Source: Macrostomum lignano (Eukaryota). Taken from it: a DNA stretch of 64,000 bases. The stretch lies in assembly GCA_002269645.1 (NCBI GenBank), contig NIVC01002845.1, positions 1-64,000 on the forward strand. The letters run 5' to 3'. The notes beneath the pieces were generated by a model. That model was not told the origin of the DNA and made no database searches. It worked only from the letters and a program-made list of their open reading frames with translations. Positions 40,202 through 55,112 of this stretch are shown piece by piece (positions within the stretch are counted from its first letter, which is position 1; every line of letters starts with the position of its first letter). A program made the translations under genes and the position numbers.

Positions 40202-40373
40202 TGATATTTCAAAGCGTGAAAAACGAACATAAACAATACTTCGAAAGAATTTTACTTTTAACGAATAACGACGATTTAAATATAGGAAATTAAAAAAGAC
40301 AGTAAATGAATAAACAACTGAAAAGCGGATTTGTTACACTGCTGATGTATCTGATTCAGTTTGTTTAACTGTT

Positions 40374-42473
40374 TTAGCTATTCATGACTTCATATATTTT
40401 AGCTACACCAGTGAGCTCTTTTCTGACTCTTTTTTCATTAGTAGCATATCCTATCTTGTGTATTTGATTGCTATTTAAGAGGTATTGACAGAAGTATTTT
40501 TTCCTGATCTCTTCAGTTTGTGGACATTCGGTCAAGTAGTGTAGAATGTCAGAACCATTTCGCGCTCCACACATTTTACATGGTTCTTGAGAAAAAAAGT
40601 TGGGTGTAATCTCGCATTTCAGTTTTAGGAGGGTTGTTAAGAATTTTTTGTTTCTAAATGTACATGGAAAGAAATCTGAAAGGTCGGGCCTGCAGATTTT
40701 TTTGTAGAGATAGGCGTTTTTGTAGAGTTTAATATGTTGCTGATTCTCTAGCTTTTGGCTAAGTTCTCTTTCTCTGTGTATCTTGAGGTGCTTTTTCACT
40801 AGGTATTTCTCGTTATTAAAGCTTTGGGAAAGTTTATCTTCAGTTAGTGCTTTTAGGTCTATACTTTCTAGTTTCTTTAGTACATTCATTTTCCATGGAT
40901 TTTTTTGGCCGGTGTTTGAGTAGAAAATTTCTAGAGTCGTTTGGCAGAGTTTTTTGTGTCTAATCTTCAGCCAGTAGATGAGGTAGGTTTTAGCGATTCG
41001 TTGAGAGATTGGAGTAGGCCTAAGCTCAAGTTCTGATGATACCACACTGTTGCTAGCAAATTTTGGTAGATTGAGAAGATATTTGTAGAATTTCAGCTGA
41101 ATATTATCAATAGCTTTTGTATCAGACATGGTAGCCAGAGGGCCCCAGAGCTCACAACCATAAGTGATAACGGGGGTAACAAGCGCGTCAAATAGTCTGC
41201 GAATGAGTGTGATGTCTAGGGACGTATTCTTTACCCTATGGAGTAGGGAAAACATGGCTGTATATCCCTGCTTAGTTTGGTGTTCAATACATTTTTTAAA
41301 GCTGTTTTTTGGTTCAAAAATAATTCCCAGGTATTTAAATTCATTTACTTCCTCTATTTCTTGGTTGTCGTAGTATATTTTTGTAGCAATGCTTTCTGTG
41401 TCGTTTTTTTGTCTGGTATTGCCCTGCATGAACTTTGTTTTGCTTGCGTTTACTTTCAAGTAATTTTGTTTGCAGTAATTTTCCATAGTCGTAAATGTGT
41501 CTTGAAGTTCGTCTTTGTTTTTAGCTAGAATGGCTTGATCGTCTGCAAAGAGTAGGATGAGTGGGAAAGCAGATCTCGTAAGAGAGCGCCTAGCGCTAGA
41601 GAGTTCAAGATATTCAACAATGTCGTCAATATATAGTTCAAAAAGGATGGTAGAGAGAGGGTTGCCTTGAAGAACACCTTTAGATATTGGGATTGGCTGG
41701 GTTTCATCATCATCATCATCATTTTTTAGAATGAAGCAGGCATTTTTATGCATGTTTTTGATAAGTTCCGTCATTTGACCTTTAATACCCTGGTTATCCG
41801 TTTTGTGCCAAAGGGTTGGTTGATTTAAGCTATCGAAGGCTTTTTCATAGTCAACAAATCCAATAAAGAGTTCTTCTTTGTTGTAGATGGATTGGTTTAT
41901 AATGTTGTAAAGATTAAAACATTGGTCGATTGTGCTGTGATTGGGCTTGAAACCGTATTGGTATTTTGATATAAGATTGTTTGCATATGCTAGGTTTTCG
42001 AGTCTGGATTTAATAATTTGGCAAAAGAGCTTGCCAAGAATTGGTTGAATGCAGATTCCTCTGTAATTGTTGGGGTCGGCACTGCTGCCTTTGTTTTTAT
42101 AAATCGGATGAAGTGTATTTGTTATCCAACTAGTTGGGAAGGTTCCTTGTTTGAGTGCTTCGTTGAAAAGTGAGCATAGGAGGTCAGCAAGTTCGTTCTC
42201 GAGGTATTTGAGTGTTTCTACATATACTTTATCGTGCCCAGGTGCTTTGTCGGTTTTGAGCTTTTTAATATGTTTTATAACTTCTTCTTTGGTGAATGGG
42301 GCATTGAAATCCTCTAAATCAGCCAGAATAGGGTTGTCAAGGTGAAGATTGTATGATAGTCTAATGCTGCTGTCTTGTTCAGTTACAAGATTTTGAAAGT
42401 GTATGATAAATTTTTCATCAATTGTTACTCTGTTGTTTGAGGGATTTGGTGTTTTTAATAAGATTATTTTAGA
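40374..42473 (-). mobile_element. 5'-truncated non-LTR retrotransposon (LINE), reverse transcriptase ORF2 fragment
   Basis: Stop-free frame of ~700 codons, extending beyond the listed ORF: KAPGHD, PIYKNKGSSADPNNYRGI, QYGFKPNHSTID, FVDYEKAFDS, GVLQGNPLS, LFADD, and a C-terminal CKMC...HYLTEC knuckle. The endonuclease region is absent. Confidence 0.93.
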
Positions 42474-43470
42474 TTATTTTTAACTTATGGCAAATTTTGA
42501 AAACTGTCACGAATAAATGTACAATAGGTAATTTATCTAAGCTAATTTCATTTTCTTAAAATTGAACTAAGTTTAACTTTTCCTAGATATATTTTAATGC
42601 ACCAAATTTAAGATAGGAAGCCTGATAATTGACTTGTTAAATCTAGAGCGATTTTTGCAACTTTTTATTTTGAAAGGCAATTTGTCTTTTCTAAGAAAGA
42701 AGGTAAAGAAAAACGATGTGTCGATGTTTTATGATCAGTACGAGGAAATAATAGTAGGTAGGTAGCACTAACACTAATCACTAATAGTTGCGGCGTTGCG
42801 TTAAGTAAGCCTAAGTTTTCTTTTTCATTGCTGAGATAAAACGCCTAAGTGATTAAGTAATGCTTGAGCGATTCCCATCTCATTTAAATTCGAGAAAAAA
42901 TCAATTCTAGCGTAGCTAATCGTCGTCTATAGCGGCATAGCCTAGGTGGTGCCTTAGCCATGTTGATGCCAATCCACCATAGCTATCTGCATATCGTTAT
43001 TACCTATCATAGACATAGCTAGCGCCTATGGCTATGTCATGATATTTCAGAATTTCCTATTAATGGCAGTCCTAATTCCTAAATTCATAGGTTTTGAGAA
43101 TAGTTATTATTATTATTGATATTGTTCCATGTGTTCTAGTTTTAATTAGTGATACTGATAGTATGTTGATTAAATGATTGTTGTATATAATTGTGGCCAA
43201 TCTATAATGCTGAATTTTTTGTTGTAGATAGATAATTTAAGATAAATTGCATATTTACAGATTTGTAATAATACTAAATACTTATAATATGATTTTTATA
43301 TTGAACTTTATGCCATAACTTTTTGCTATAAATTATCTTCTAGATTTTTTCAAACTTTTAGTCTAAAAACAAAAGTGTAAAGTAACAAGTAAAAGTCACA
43401 AAGTAAAAGGTCAATGAGTGAGATAGGATAGGCCTAATATAGTAATCCAAAGCAAGAAAAAGGGCTATCT

Positions 43471-46400
43471 GGGGTTACTGGTCAAGTCAATGACAACCAT
43501 TTTGGTGACAAGTTTGGAAACTTTGATGACAACCTCAGTCAAATTGGTAATACTACCAAAAATTGTTCATGTAATTTAGAGATTTACTCTATATGTATTG
43601 CTTTTTTATAATTATTTTTTTGTAGTTTATTTTGTTTTTCTTCTTAAAGTCAATTGCATTGTTTGATTTTTGACTATATACAATATACTGAATAGTGTAC
43701 TATACCTTATGCAAAGAGCTTAGCTTCTACTTGGATATCTGTTGGACATCACAGTTTAATTTACTAATTAAGTAGGCCTAATAATTTAAAGACTTATAAT
43801 TTTATCTACATTTAGTTTGACTTTCTTCTTAAAAGTAATATGATCAATGATACAGTACAGTGCATTTGAGACAATTTAGTCAGTATAGTGCAGTAGTGCA
43901 GCTGTAATTACTAGAGTATACCAAATGCATTTATAGCGCAGATTGCATTCTAAGAAAAGTGATTTTTTGAGTACACTTTGCTAGTGAAGTGAGTAAATAG
44001 AATAATAAAAAACTTCTTAAACTTAAAAAAATAAAATAAAGACATGCAACAATAAAAGATTAAAGCTGCAACCTGATTAAAAGCTAATTGATCAATTCTA
44101 CACGCCATCTAATTAAAATCTAGATAGCTACAGCTAAGCTAAAAATCACTTTGGAGCAAACAGGCGCAAACAAGCCTTCAGCAGACGCAAAGCCAACTGA
44201 CTGCCATTGTTGTATTCTGCCCAATATTTAAATGCTTGGCTTGCACACTACGATATGCCTGGTGTTGCTTGCGTTACAGAGCTCCGTATGACAAAAGCTG
44301 CATCTGAAGTGGCACAAGAGACGCTTCCCTATGAAGCAGTTTAGGAAGAAAGTAAAAGTGTTGATCTCCTTATCCAGCCTTCCTATTTAGCCTGTTGTGC
44401 CAGCCTTCCAAGTCATTGTTAGTACAGATCAGCTGCCAATAAATATAGATGTCTTCTGTTCACTAGTGACTACTGTTAGCTAACCAAGTGCTGTTGACAT
44501 ACTGACACAGATCCAATAGTCTCTGGTTGGCAAATTGATTAGCAGAGGCTTATAGGTGAAGAAAAGCAGGTGCTATACAGTCACTCGGCAACTATGGCAA
44601 GGACATTAATTTTCTGATGAAGCACTGTATGCCCTCGTCTTGATTGTATGATGGTTGAAGACTGATAGACTGTACTCTGGGCCATACTGCTAGCATCCAA
44701 TTAAAGTTGCTGTCCCTGACACATATCTAAAGAAACTCGTGCCAGATTGCCTTCCATACAGCTTTTTTGAAATCTAGTATAAACTGCGTGGGGTTAGCTA
44801 TTGGCACCAGAGACTTAATTTTATAAAGAATAGCCTTGTAGTCACGAGATCAATGCCTGGACATAATGATGCAAGCCAATGGAACCTATATGTACATATA
44901 AATATGAACAAGAATTCATTAAAACATTATTAGGATCAGGACACAAATTCACTTGCTCAATTGACCTCAACTCACCTGTTTGGCTTGTCTATTAGAGTGC
45001 AGAAATGCATGTAAAGAGTAAAGTTGAACAAAAGGGTGTCTTACAACTTGAAATATACCATCAAGATAGACATCTTTTGCACTGTGAAGAAAATCTAGCT
45101 GCTGTTCTATGGCAAAGAGAAATGTCTGCACTCTCCAACAACAATGTCGGGTTGTAAGAAGCCATCAGGAATTTCTTCATGGGCTAGTTTAAATTCCAGA
45201 TCCTGTGGCTCCTCTGGACACTTCCATTCTCAAAATTGGTTCGCAACTCTAGTAAGATTTGCTGGTTTTTGAAGATTTGCAGCTCTAGATACTTTAAACT
45301 TACACAAAAGATGATCTTCTAAAATTTTGGCTGCTAATTAAAAAAAATCGCAACTGCTACACTCTTAATGTCCCAAGAAAGTTTGCGTACCTTCGCTGCA
45401 TCTGATGTCAGCTCATGACAATGCCAGCTCTTTCCAAGTACAAACTCTATCAGTACAAATAAGAGTTGTATGGCATGACACTCGGTGACTGTGCTGGGTA
45501 CTTCGACAATGCTCCTTAATTCCATGCCTTTGATAAAAGCCATATGTATAGCCTTTTGATGACACTACAACTGTGCTGCTATGGCTGCTTCCTGCTTCAA
45601 CGATATCGAACGTTTCTTCTGTAAACTCAAGTTCAGAAACTAAGCATGGCTTTGGATCATCAATATCAATGTCCTCTGGATCCTGTTGATCCTGGGGATT
45701 GTCACTGTGCTGTTTGTCAAAGCCTACTTCTTTGACAATGTCTTCTGGATCATGTTGAACCTGGCAATTGTCACCATGCTGTTTGCCAAAGTCTACTTCT
45801 TGCTCGGCATGGTGCTGGTTGTCATCATGTGCAGCCTAATATATATCATAGTCATCATCCAGCTGCTGTACATGTACATTAGGATGGGAGCATTCTGAGC
45901 AGTGCCAAGAAAAAGTTCCTAGTTTTTTTAAGTGGAAGTATGTCCTTGCATTCATGCCTATTCCATAGACTCTGAGCTGCCAGTGGTGGCAGCCATCACA
46001 AAGTAGGCCGTGTTGAAGAAGGCAAACCTCCTTCCCACAACTCAAGCACAAATCCATGACAAGTCTAAAATAGGCAAATAAAACAGTTTTGTCCTTTTAT
46101 ATTTATTGGCTGGCAATTAATTACTCACTGCACTGTATCTCTCCCTTGAGTCCCCACTTAGCAGAAAAACTTAATAGCTATTGAGTATGCATGTACACTT
46201 GTCATATGAACTAGATCAGCACTTATTTTTCATTCATTGCATAAATGCTTTGCAATTTAAATGAGATGAACAACCAGACTAATATTCAAGTAGCCAGAAA
46301 AGCTACCTGCATAAAGACAGGGTATATTATTCAGTATAATGTATATAGTCAAAAATTGATCAATGCAATTGACTTTAGAAGAAAAACAAAATAAACTGCA

Positions 46401-46561
46401 AAAAATGACTATAAAGGAAAAGCAAGCATGTCAGCTAAAAAACGATAAAAAATGCATTTGCTCAAATAAATCTCTAAATTACATAAACAATTTATAGCAA
46501 TGTCACCGATTTGACTTAGGTTGTCATCAAAATGTCTTGTCACTGACTTGACTAGTAATCC
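43471..46561 (-). mobile_element. Full-length decayed Mutator-like (MULE) transposon with ~220-bp TIRs and a PHD + FLYWCH-like + MULE transposase pseudogene
   Basis: TIRs 43471-43694 and 46328-46561 align as inverted repeats. Minus strand: PHD CLSCGKEV...LLCDGCHHW...WHCSEC (46057-45890), KPANLTRVAN, PEEPQDLEF, IPDGFLQPDI, VYLDGIFQVVRHPFVQL, KQ|VPL across a 90-nt GT-AG intron (44975-44886), DFKKAVWKA, TNNDLEGWHNRLN; multiple stops and frameshifts. ctatct flanks both ends (6 bp, shorter than the usual ~9-bp TSD). Confidence 0.88.
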
Positions 46562-47708
46562 TATCTAGTAGTATCCTATAGAATCATTTGTTAAATTATT
46601 ATTTTTTTATTATTTCCAAAAGTATAAAACAAATGAACAAATGAATAGTTAAATATATACTAGCATTAAAATTGTTTGTTATAATCAATTGAGAACTTTA
46701 AAGCTAGCTATACCTTTGGAGGTAGCACAATCCAACTTAAGGCCACTGTTTGTCTAGCTATCTAGAAAGTAGCAGTCCAAAATCAGAAATGTAAGCAATG
46801 GCTTGGCTTGAATTCTAGTATTGTAGCTTAGTAGCTAATTTTTCAATCTCAAATATATTTCCCTTAAGGTTCCCACATTGTCTTAGCCCCCATTTGGTTG
46901 CCTTTCTCTTTTTAGACAGAGACTAAAAAAATCTAAGGGGGGCCAAGCAAATTTTTGCCAAAAACAAAGCCACCTATTTGCCCCCTCTCCCAGGTCCTTA
47001 CCCACCAGAATCTGTCTTCCCTGTTCTAAAAAATTTCTGGTTGCGCTACTGTAGGATACATTTGATTATTGCTTAAAATAAATTGAAAAATATTAATAAG
47101 CACAATGCTTACATAGGGGCAAAGAAAGGAATTTTGTTAGGCTAGGGTACTAAGTATAAGCTTGCAATTAGAGGCCTTAAATGCTGAACAAATAAGAGGA
47201 AGGGGATAAGCTTAATGGTTCCAAAAAGAAGTTTGGGGATTCCACTTGAGTATTTAATAGGGATGCAATTCTATTCAAGTTGTCAGGAAAGGACATGCTA
47301 AATAAGGCTCTCAAGTCAAACTCTTAAATGGAGAGTTTTCACATAATCGAAAAGATGGGTGCACTGGGTGGTGGCAATTAAACACCAGGTATATGATGTA
47401 TCACTATTAAATTATAGTGAAACAAAATATAATGGGGTGAGAGTCCTATAGTTATACCAGGGGAGGGAGACGATTTCCATTCAAGGAAAACTTGACATCA
47501 TTTTATGCACAAGAAAATGGTTTACATAAAAAGGAAACTTTGGGTGGAAGTGGGAGGCTTCAGTCACTGTTGGAGGCCTCACGAGGATTCAAGGTTATTA
47601 AATATCAGTGTAAAATGTGATAATCCAGTGTGGCTGTACACCCTCAGTACACGTCTGCATGTGTGTATCCTTTTGCCCATGCAAAATAGCTTTTTGTTGG
47701 TATTTCAG

Positions 47709-48060
47709 CGCCGCTACATTGACCGCAGTCGACGCTCGCCCTCGCCATCGGCTGATAATGAAGGCGAGGGCAACGGAGCCGGCGACGACGAAGACAACTA
47801 TGTGCCCTACGTGCCCGTGCGGGAACGGCGCCGCCTCCAGCTCGAGGCCATGGCGCGCCGTCTGCACGGACTGGGCGGCGGGCCCGGCAGCGGCAGCGGC
47901 GGCAACTCCGCCTCTGTCAGCGACGCCAACGACAGCGATGGCGCCTCCGGTGACAGGGAGGCGGATTCGCCCGCGCCAGAGCCAAACCTGACAGAGGAGA
48001 AGCGCCAGGAGGGCGTCACCTTGCTGGAGATGCAACGGGAACTCAAGCGGAAAGCCGACG
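47709..48060 (+). CDS. DDX41: DEAD-box helicase DDX41/abstrakt, first identifiable coding exon
   Basis: tatttcag| in phase 0; encodes DDEDNYVPYVPVRERRR (DDX41 has DEDYVPYVPLRQRR); donor |gtgaga. Confidence 0.88.
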
Positions 48061-48074
48061 GTGAGACTGCCAGC

Positions 48075-48640
48075 TGTACAGATATCTTCCCGAGTACAGT
48101 GACTTTCCAGCTGTACTTTCCCCGAGTACAGTGACCCTGGACAACTGTATCTTCCCAGAGTGCAGTGACTTCCCAACTGTATCTTCCCAGAGTGCAGTGT
48201 CTTCCCAACTGTATCTTCCCAGAGTGCAGTGACTTCCCAACTGTATCTTCCCAGAGTGCAGTGTCTTCCCAACTGTATCTTCCCAGAGTGCAGTGACTTC
48301 CCAACTGTATCTTCCCAGAGTGCAGTGACTTCCCAACAGTATCTTCCCAGAGTGCAGTGACTTCCCAACAGTATCTTCCCAGAGTGCAGTGACTTCCCAA
48401 CTGTATCTTCCCAGAGTGCAGTGACTTCCCAACAGTATCTTCCCAGAGTGCAGTGACTTCCCAACAGTATCTTCCCAGAGTGCAGTGACTTCCCAACAGT
48501 ATCTTCCCAGAGTGCAGTGACTTCCCAACAGTATCTTCCCAGAGTGCAGTGACTTCCCAACAGTATCTTCCCAGAGTGCAGTGACTTCCCAACTGTATCT
48601 TCCCAGAGTGCAGTGACTTCCCAACTATATCTTCCTATTG
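48075..48640. repeat. 32-bp intronic minisatellite (cagtatcttcccagagtgcagtgacttcccaa)
   Basis: About 17 copies in DDX41 intron 48061-48797. Confidence 0.96.
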
Positions 48641-48797
48641 GTAAAACCCTTATTAGAGTGACTTCCCAAGTAGAACTTCCTATCAGTATATATGGTGATT
48701 TTCCAACTGGAACTTCTGTGAGTGGAGAGACTTACCCGCTAGAACAGAGTTACAGTTGCCTGATAACGTTCATAGTTCTTCGCTAACCGCCGCGCAG

Positions 48798-48933
48798 ATG
48801 TGAAGGAATCCGAGCACACCAAGAAGCTCAAAGAAGAGGCAGTCATTCTGGAGTTCCTGTCCGACAAGACTGCGCTGAAGGGCGTCTCCGAGCTGGCTAA
48901 AGGCATCCAGTACAGCACCGCCCTGCGGACTGG
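48798..48933 (+). CDS. DDX41: DDX41 coding exon
   Basis: gcgcag|...|gtcagt; VKESEHTKKLKEEAVILEFLSDKTALKGVSELAKGIQYSTALRTG. Confidence 0.92.
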
Positions 48934-49023
48934 GTCAGTGCAACCGGAATTGTCATTTGACACTGGCTAGTAGTAGTTGACGAATATTGCTATCTTAATG
49001 TGTGTTTAAAAAAACAATTTTAG

Positions 49024-49141
49024 ATGGCGACCGCCCCGTCACATTGCCAGCATGACGCCAATTGAGTGCAGAGCCATCTGGGATAAGTTCAAGATCCTGG
49101 TGGACGGGTCCGACCCGCCTCCGCCCATCACTACGTTTGAG
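49024..49141 (+). CDS. DDX41: DDX41 coding exon
   Basis: ttttag|...|gtgaac; WRPPRHIASM...KILVDGSDPPPPITTFE. Confidence 0.92.
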
Positions 49142-49184
49142 GTGAACCTCCGGGTTGGGTGCCTCCTACCTGCCACCTCCCACA

Positions 49185-51530
<2,346 letters not shown>

Positions 51531-51554
51531 TGAGTCTGGGCCATCCGCTCCTCC

Positions 51555-52205
51555 ATTTTCTGTGTTATCCGCCCCTCTTTCTGTGTTATCCGCCCCTCTT
51601 TCTGTGTTATCCGCCCCTCTTTCTGTGTTATCCGCCCCTCTTTCTGTGTTATCCGCCCCTCTTTCTGTGTTATCCACCCCTCTTTCTGTGTTATCCGCCC
51701 CTCTTTCTGTGTTATCCGCCCCTCTTTCTGTGTTATCCACCCCTCTTTCTGTGTTATCCGCCCCTCTTTCTGTGTTATCCGCCCCTCTTTCTGTGTTATC
51801 CGCCCCTCTTTCTGTGTTATCCGCCCCTCTTTCTGTGTTATCCGCCCCTCTTTCTGTGTTATCCACCCCTCTTTCTGTGTTATCCGCCCCTCTTTCTGTG
51901 TTATCCGCCCCTCTTTCTGTGTTATCCGCCCCTCTTTCTGTGTTATCCGCCCCTCTTTCTGTGTTATCCGCCCCTCTTTCTGTGTTATTCACCCCTCTTT
52001 CTGTGTTATCCGCCCTTCTTTCTGTGTTATCCGCCCTTCTTTCTGTGTTATCCGCCCCTCTTTCTGTGTTATCCACCCCTCTTTCTGTGTTATCCACCCC
52101 TCTTTCTGTGTTATCCGCCCCTCTTTCTGTGTTATCCGCCCCTCTTTCTGTGTTATCCGCCCCTCTTTCTGTGTTATCCGCCCCTCCATTGGCTGGGTTA
52201 TCCGC
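51555..52205. repeat. 21-bp intronic minisatellite (ctctttctgtgttatccgccc)
   Basis: About 30 copies in intron 51486-52285. Confidence 0.97.
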
Positions 52206-52285
52206 CCCGCCAATTTTAACCGGCCTGGCCCATCCGCCCTGAACCAGCCGCTCTACCTGAGCCTACTCGCCCCCACTCTTTCCAG

Positions 52286-52543
52286 GTGGACCTGTCCGTG
52301 CTGCTGGACCTGAAGCACCTGCTCATCGAGGCCAAGCAGACGGTGCCGGACTTCCTGGCCGAGCTGTCCCGCGGCGAGGAGGACTACGTGAACATCGCCG
52401 GCGAGGTCGGCTGCTCCTACTGCGGCGGTCTCGGCCACCGCATCGCCGACTGTCCGAAGCTGGAGCAGAAGCAGCGCATGGCGGCCCACAGCCTGGCCAA
52501 GGGCCCGGATTACTACCACGGCACGGACGGCGCTGACTACTGA
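52286..52543 (+). CDS. DDX41: DDX41 last exon with CCHC zinc knuckle
   Basis: LLDLKHLLIEAKQTVP...GCSYCGGLGHRIADCPKLE; joined exons total 1929 nt in frame. Confidence 0.95.
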   Translation: MDLSVLLDLKHLLIEAKQTVPDFLAELSRGEEDYVNIAGEVGCSYCGGLGHRIADCPKLEQKQRMAAHSLAKGPDYYHGTDGADY

Positions 52544-52674
52544 GGCGCGAACCTCGGACCTTCGACTTCATGCTTGTGTTGTCTGAAAGCTGAATGGTCA
52601 TTCCGTGTTCAGCTTGAAAACTGCTGTTGTCATTGTCAATCTAGACTTGTTTGGCGTCTCCGATTTTCCCTTAG

Positions 52675-53615
52675 CAGAATCGCCCTTGACAAAGCAGTTC
52701 TACGGAATCCCCTACAGAATCGCCCTTGACAGAATCACCCTTGACAGAATCGCCCTTTACAGAATCGCCCTTTACAGAATTGCCCTTTACAGAATCGCCC
52801 TTTACAGAATCGCACTTGACAGAATCGCCCTTGACAGAATCGCACTTGACAGAATCGCCCTTGACAGAATCGCCCTTGACAGAATCGCCCTTGACAGAAT
52901 CGCCCTTGACAGAATCGCCCTTGACAGAATCGCCCTTGACAGAATCGCCCTTGACAGAATCGCCCTTGACAGAATCGCCCTTGACAGAATCGCCCTTGAC
53001 AGAATCGCACTTGACAGAATCGCACTTGACAGAATCGCCCTTGACAGAATCGCACTTGACAGAATCGCACTTGACAGAATCGCCCTTGACAGAATCGCAC
53101 TTGACTGAATCGCCCTTGACAGAATCGCACTTGACAGAATCGCACTTGACAGAATCGCCCTTGACAGAATCGCACTTGACAGAATCGCCCTTGACAGAAT
53201 CGCACTTGACAGAATCGCCCTTGACAGAATCGCCCTTGACAGAATCGCCCTTGACAGAATCGCCCTTGACCGAATGGCCCTACAGAATCGCCCTTGACAG
53301 AATCGCCTTTGACCGAATCGCCCTTGACAGAATCGCCTTTGACAGAATCGCCCTACAGAATCGCCCTTGACAGCATCGCCATTTACAGAATCGCCCTTGA
53401 CAGCATCGCCCTTTACAGAATCGCCGTTGACAAAGCAGTTCTACGGAATCGCCCTACAGAATCGCCCTTGACAAAGCAGCCCTACGGAATCGCCCTACAA
53501 AATCGCCTTACATAATCACCCTACGAAATCGCTTTTGACAGAATTGCCCTACAAAATCGCCTTTGACAAAATCGCCCTTGACAAAATCGCCCTTGACAGA
53601 ATCGCCCTGACAGAA
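52675..53615. repeat. 15-bp minisatellite (ttgacagaatcgccc) downstream of DDX41
   Basis: About 60 copies, degenerate at both edges. Confidence 0.96.
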
Positions 53616-54123
53616 TCGCAATTCACATTGAAATCGCATTCACAGCCTGACGCTTACTGCCATTAAATATTGGGCAGTTGCAAATGTTGGCAAAGTGTAA
53701 GTGCATATTCTGATTTATGTAAAATATACCGAACGTGTAAATTATGTTACGCCAATAAAAGTGCAAATTAAATTGCATCTCACTGGTCCACCCAGTACTT
53801 TGTTTTGCTCCTTTATTGCATGTACAATTCAGCGCCTGTCTTCTTGTATAGGGAGTTCCGGGGCAGCAGGGAAGCTAGAAGTTTGTCATGCCAAGTAGCC
53901 GAGCACCAATGCAGTGCAAATTGTGAAACCTAGACTAGACTGACTTAGTGTTGCTGAGTTTGATCTAATTTACTATCGGAAAGGCCAACTCAGTCAAGAC
54001 AGCGAGACACAGGTTGGGTTATAATTTACGACTCAGTGTAACAATTAGTATAACAACAACTTGGAATCGAATTTGCTAAGCGAACAATTTTTTGACGCAG
54101 CTGCTCTCTCGATCGGTTCAACC

Positions 54124-54220
54124 ATGGCTGCCTTGAAGTTCTTCGATTTTGCCTTTGTTGCTATGGTGACCGGGATGCTGATTATTCTATCCGATTATTC
54201 CGCTGCTAAGGAGGCGACGT
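54124..54220 (+). CDS. Secreted cationic-peptide precursor A, exon 1 (signal peptide)
   Basis: aaccATG; MAALKFFDFAFVAMVTGMLIILSDYSAAKEAT; donor |gtaagt, phase 1. Confidence 0.7.
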
Positions 54221-54787
54221 GTAAGTTTCATGTGCTAATACGATCGGTGCGACATGAGGTATCGGGACTGTGCCTTTAGTCTCGGCTGTGAGGTCTTAAG
54301 AAAGTCACTCCGCTTTGAACTCTTCAAAGCAAGCAATCACTCGTCACCCCTGCAGTCAATGCAACGCTGAATTTCCGTCCTGCCATGCCTTGAAGCACTG
54401 ACGAAATTCTTTAATACCCCCGAACGTGGTGGTCCCTGACGCCTGACGACCACGACTTCTTGGAACGGGTCATGACTTAAGTGACGAATCATGTGGTTTC
54501 TCAGTATGACCCTGAAACAAAAAGACAGCAGTGGATGGCTATCGCCAGATTTACATGTAACCTCGATCAGGAAAGGCGCGCACGCCAAAGACGAAGGTTA
54601 GTGTCATGTTAATCGCTTTTTGACTCCAACGGACTTGTAGTGCCGTCACAAGTCTGTGTCTGAAGGTCAAACTGTTGGCAGTACTTCTACTCGTGCTGCT
54701 CCATTTGGCCCTACAGAATTTCCTGTAATTTGGGCTCACCTCGTCAGATTTTGGGGCTCCGCATGCTTCAATTCTTATGTTGAATAG

Positions 54788-55112
54788 TCAGCCTGATGAA
54801 GCATGCAATTGCCAAACTGAACCGCCCTTTCCCAGATGAAGCCGAGATGGACATCATGGAATCCTTCGCTGTGCAGGAAGATGTCCACCACTTGCCGGAT
54901 ATGAATCATTTGCATCATCAGCATCATCATCATCGTCACGACGATGAAGACGATCTCGATGAGCACTTGCATCTGGACGCTCCGGCGCCTACGGAGGCGG
55001 AGACTGCGGCGTCGACGACGCCGGCCACCGCAGCGCCCAGCGTCCCGAAATTTCGATCGCGATTCGGTGGTTTCTCCGGCACCGGCAGTTACAAGAAGAA
55101 GCTGTCGCGCAG
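54788..55112 (+). CDS. Precursor A, exon with His-rich/acidic pro-region and the start of the cationic peptide
   Basis: ...HHLPDMNHLHHQHHHHRHDDEDDLDEH...PKFRSRFGGFSGTGSYKKKLSR|gttagc (phase 2). The 5' boundary is 54788 or 54792 depending on the upstream exons used. Confidence 0.72.

Noticed and set aside
54415-54545. Faint resemblance to the noggin/trunk N-terminus (YDP...WMAI)
   Set aside because: No noggin cystine-knot (CPV.Y.W.DLG) follows.
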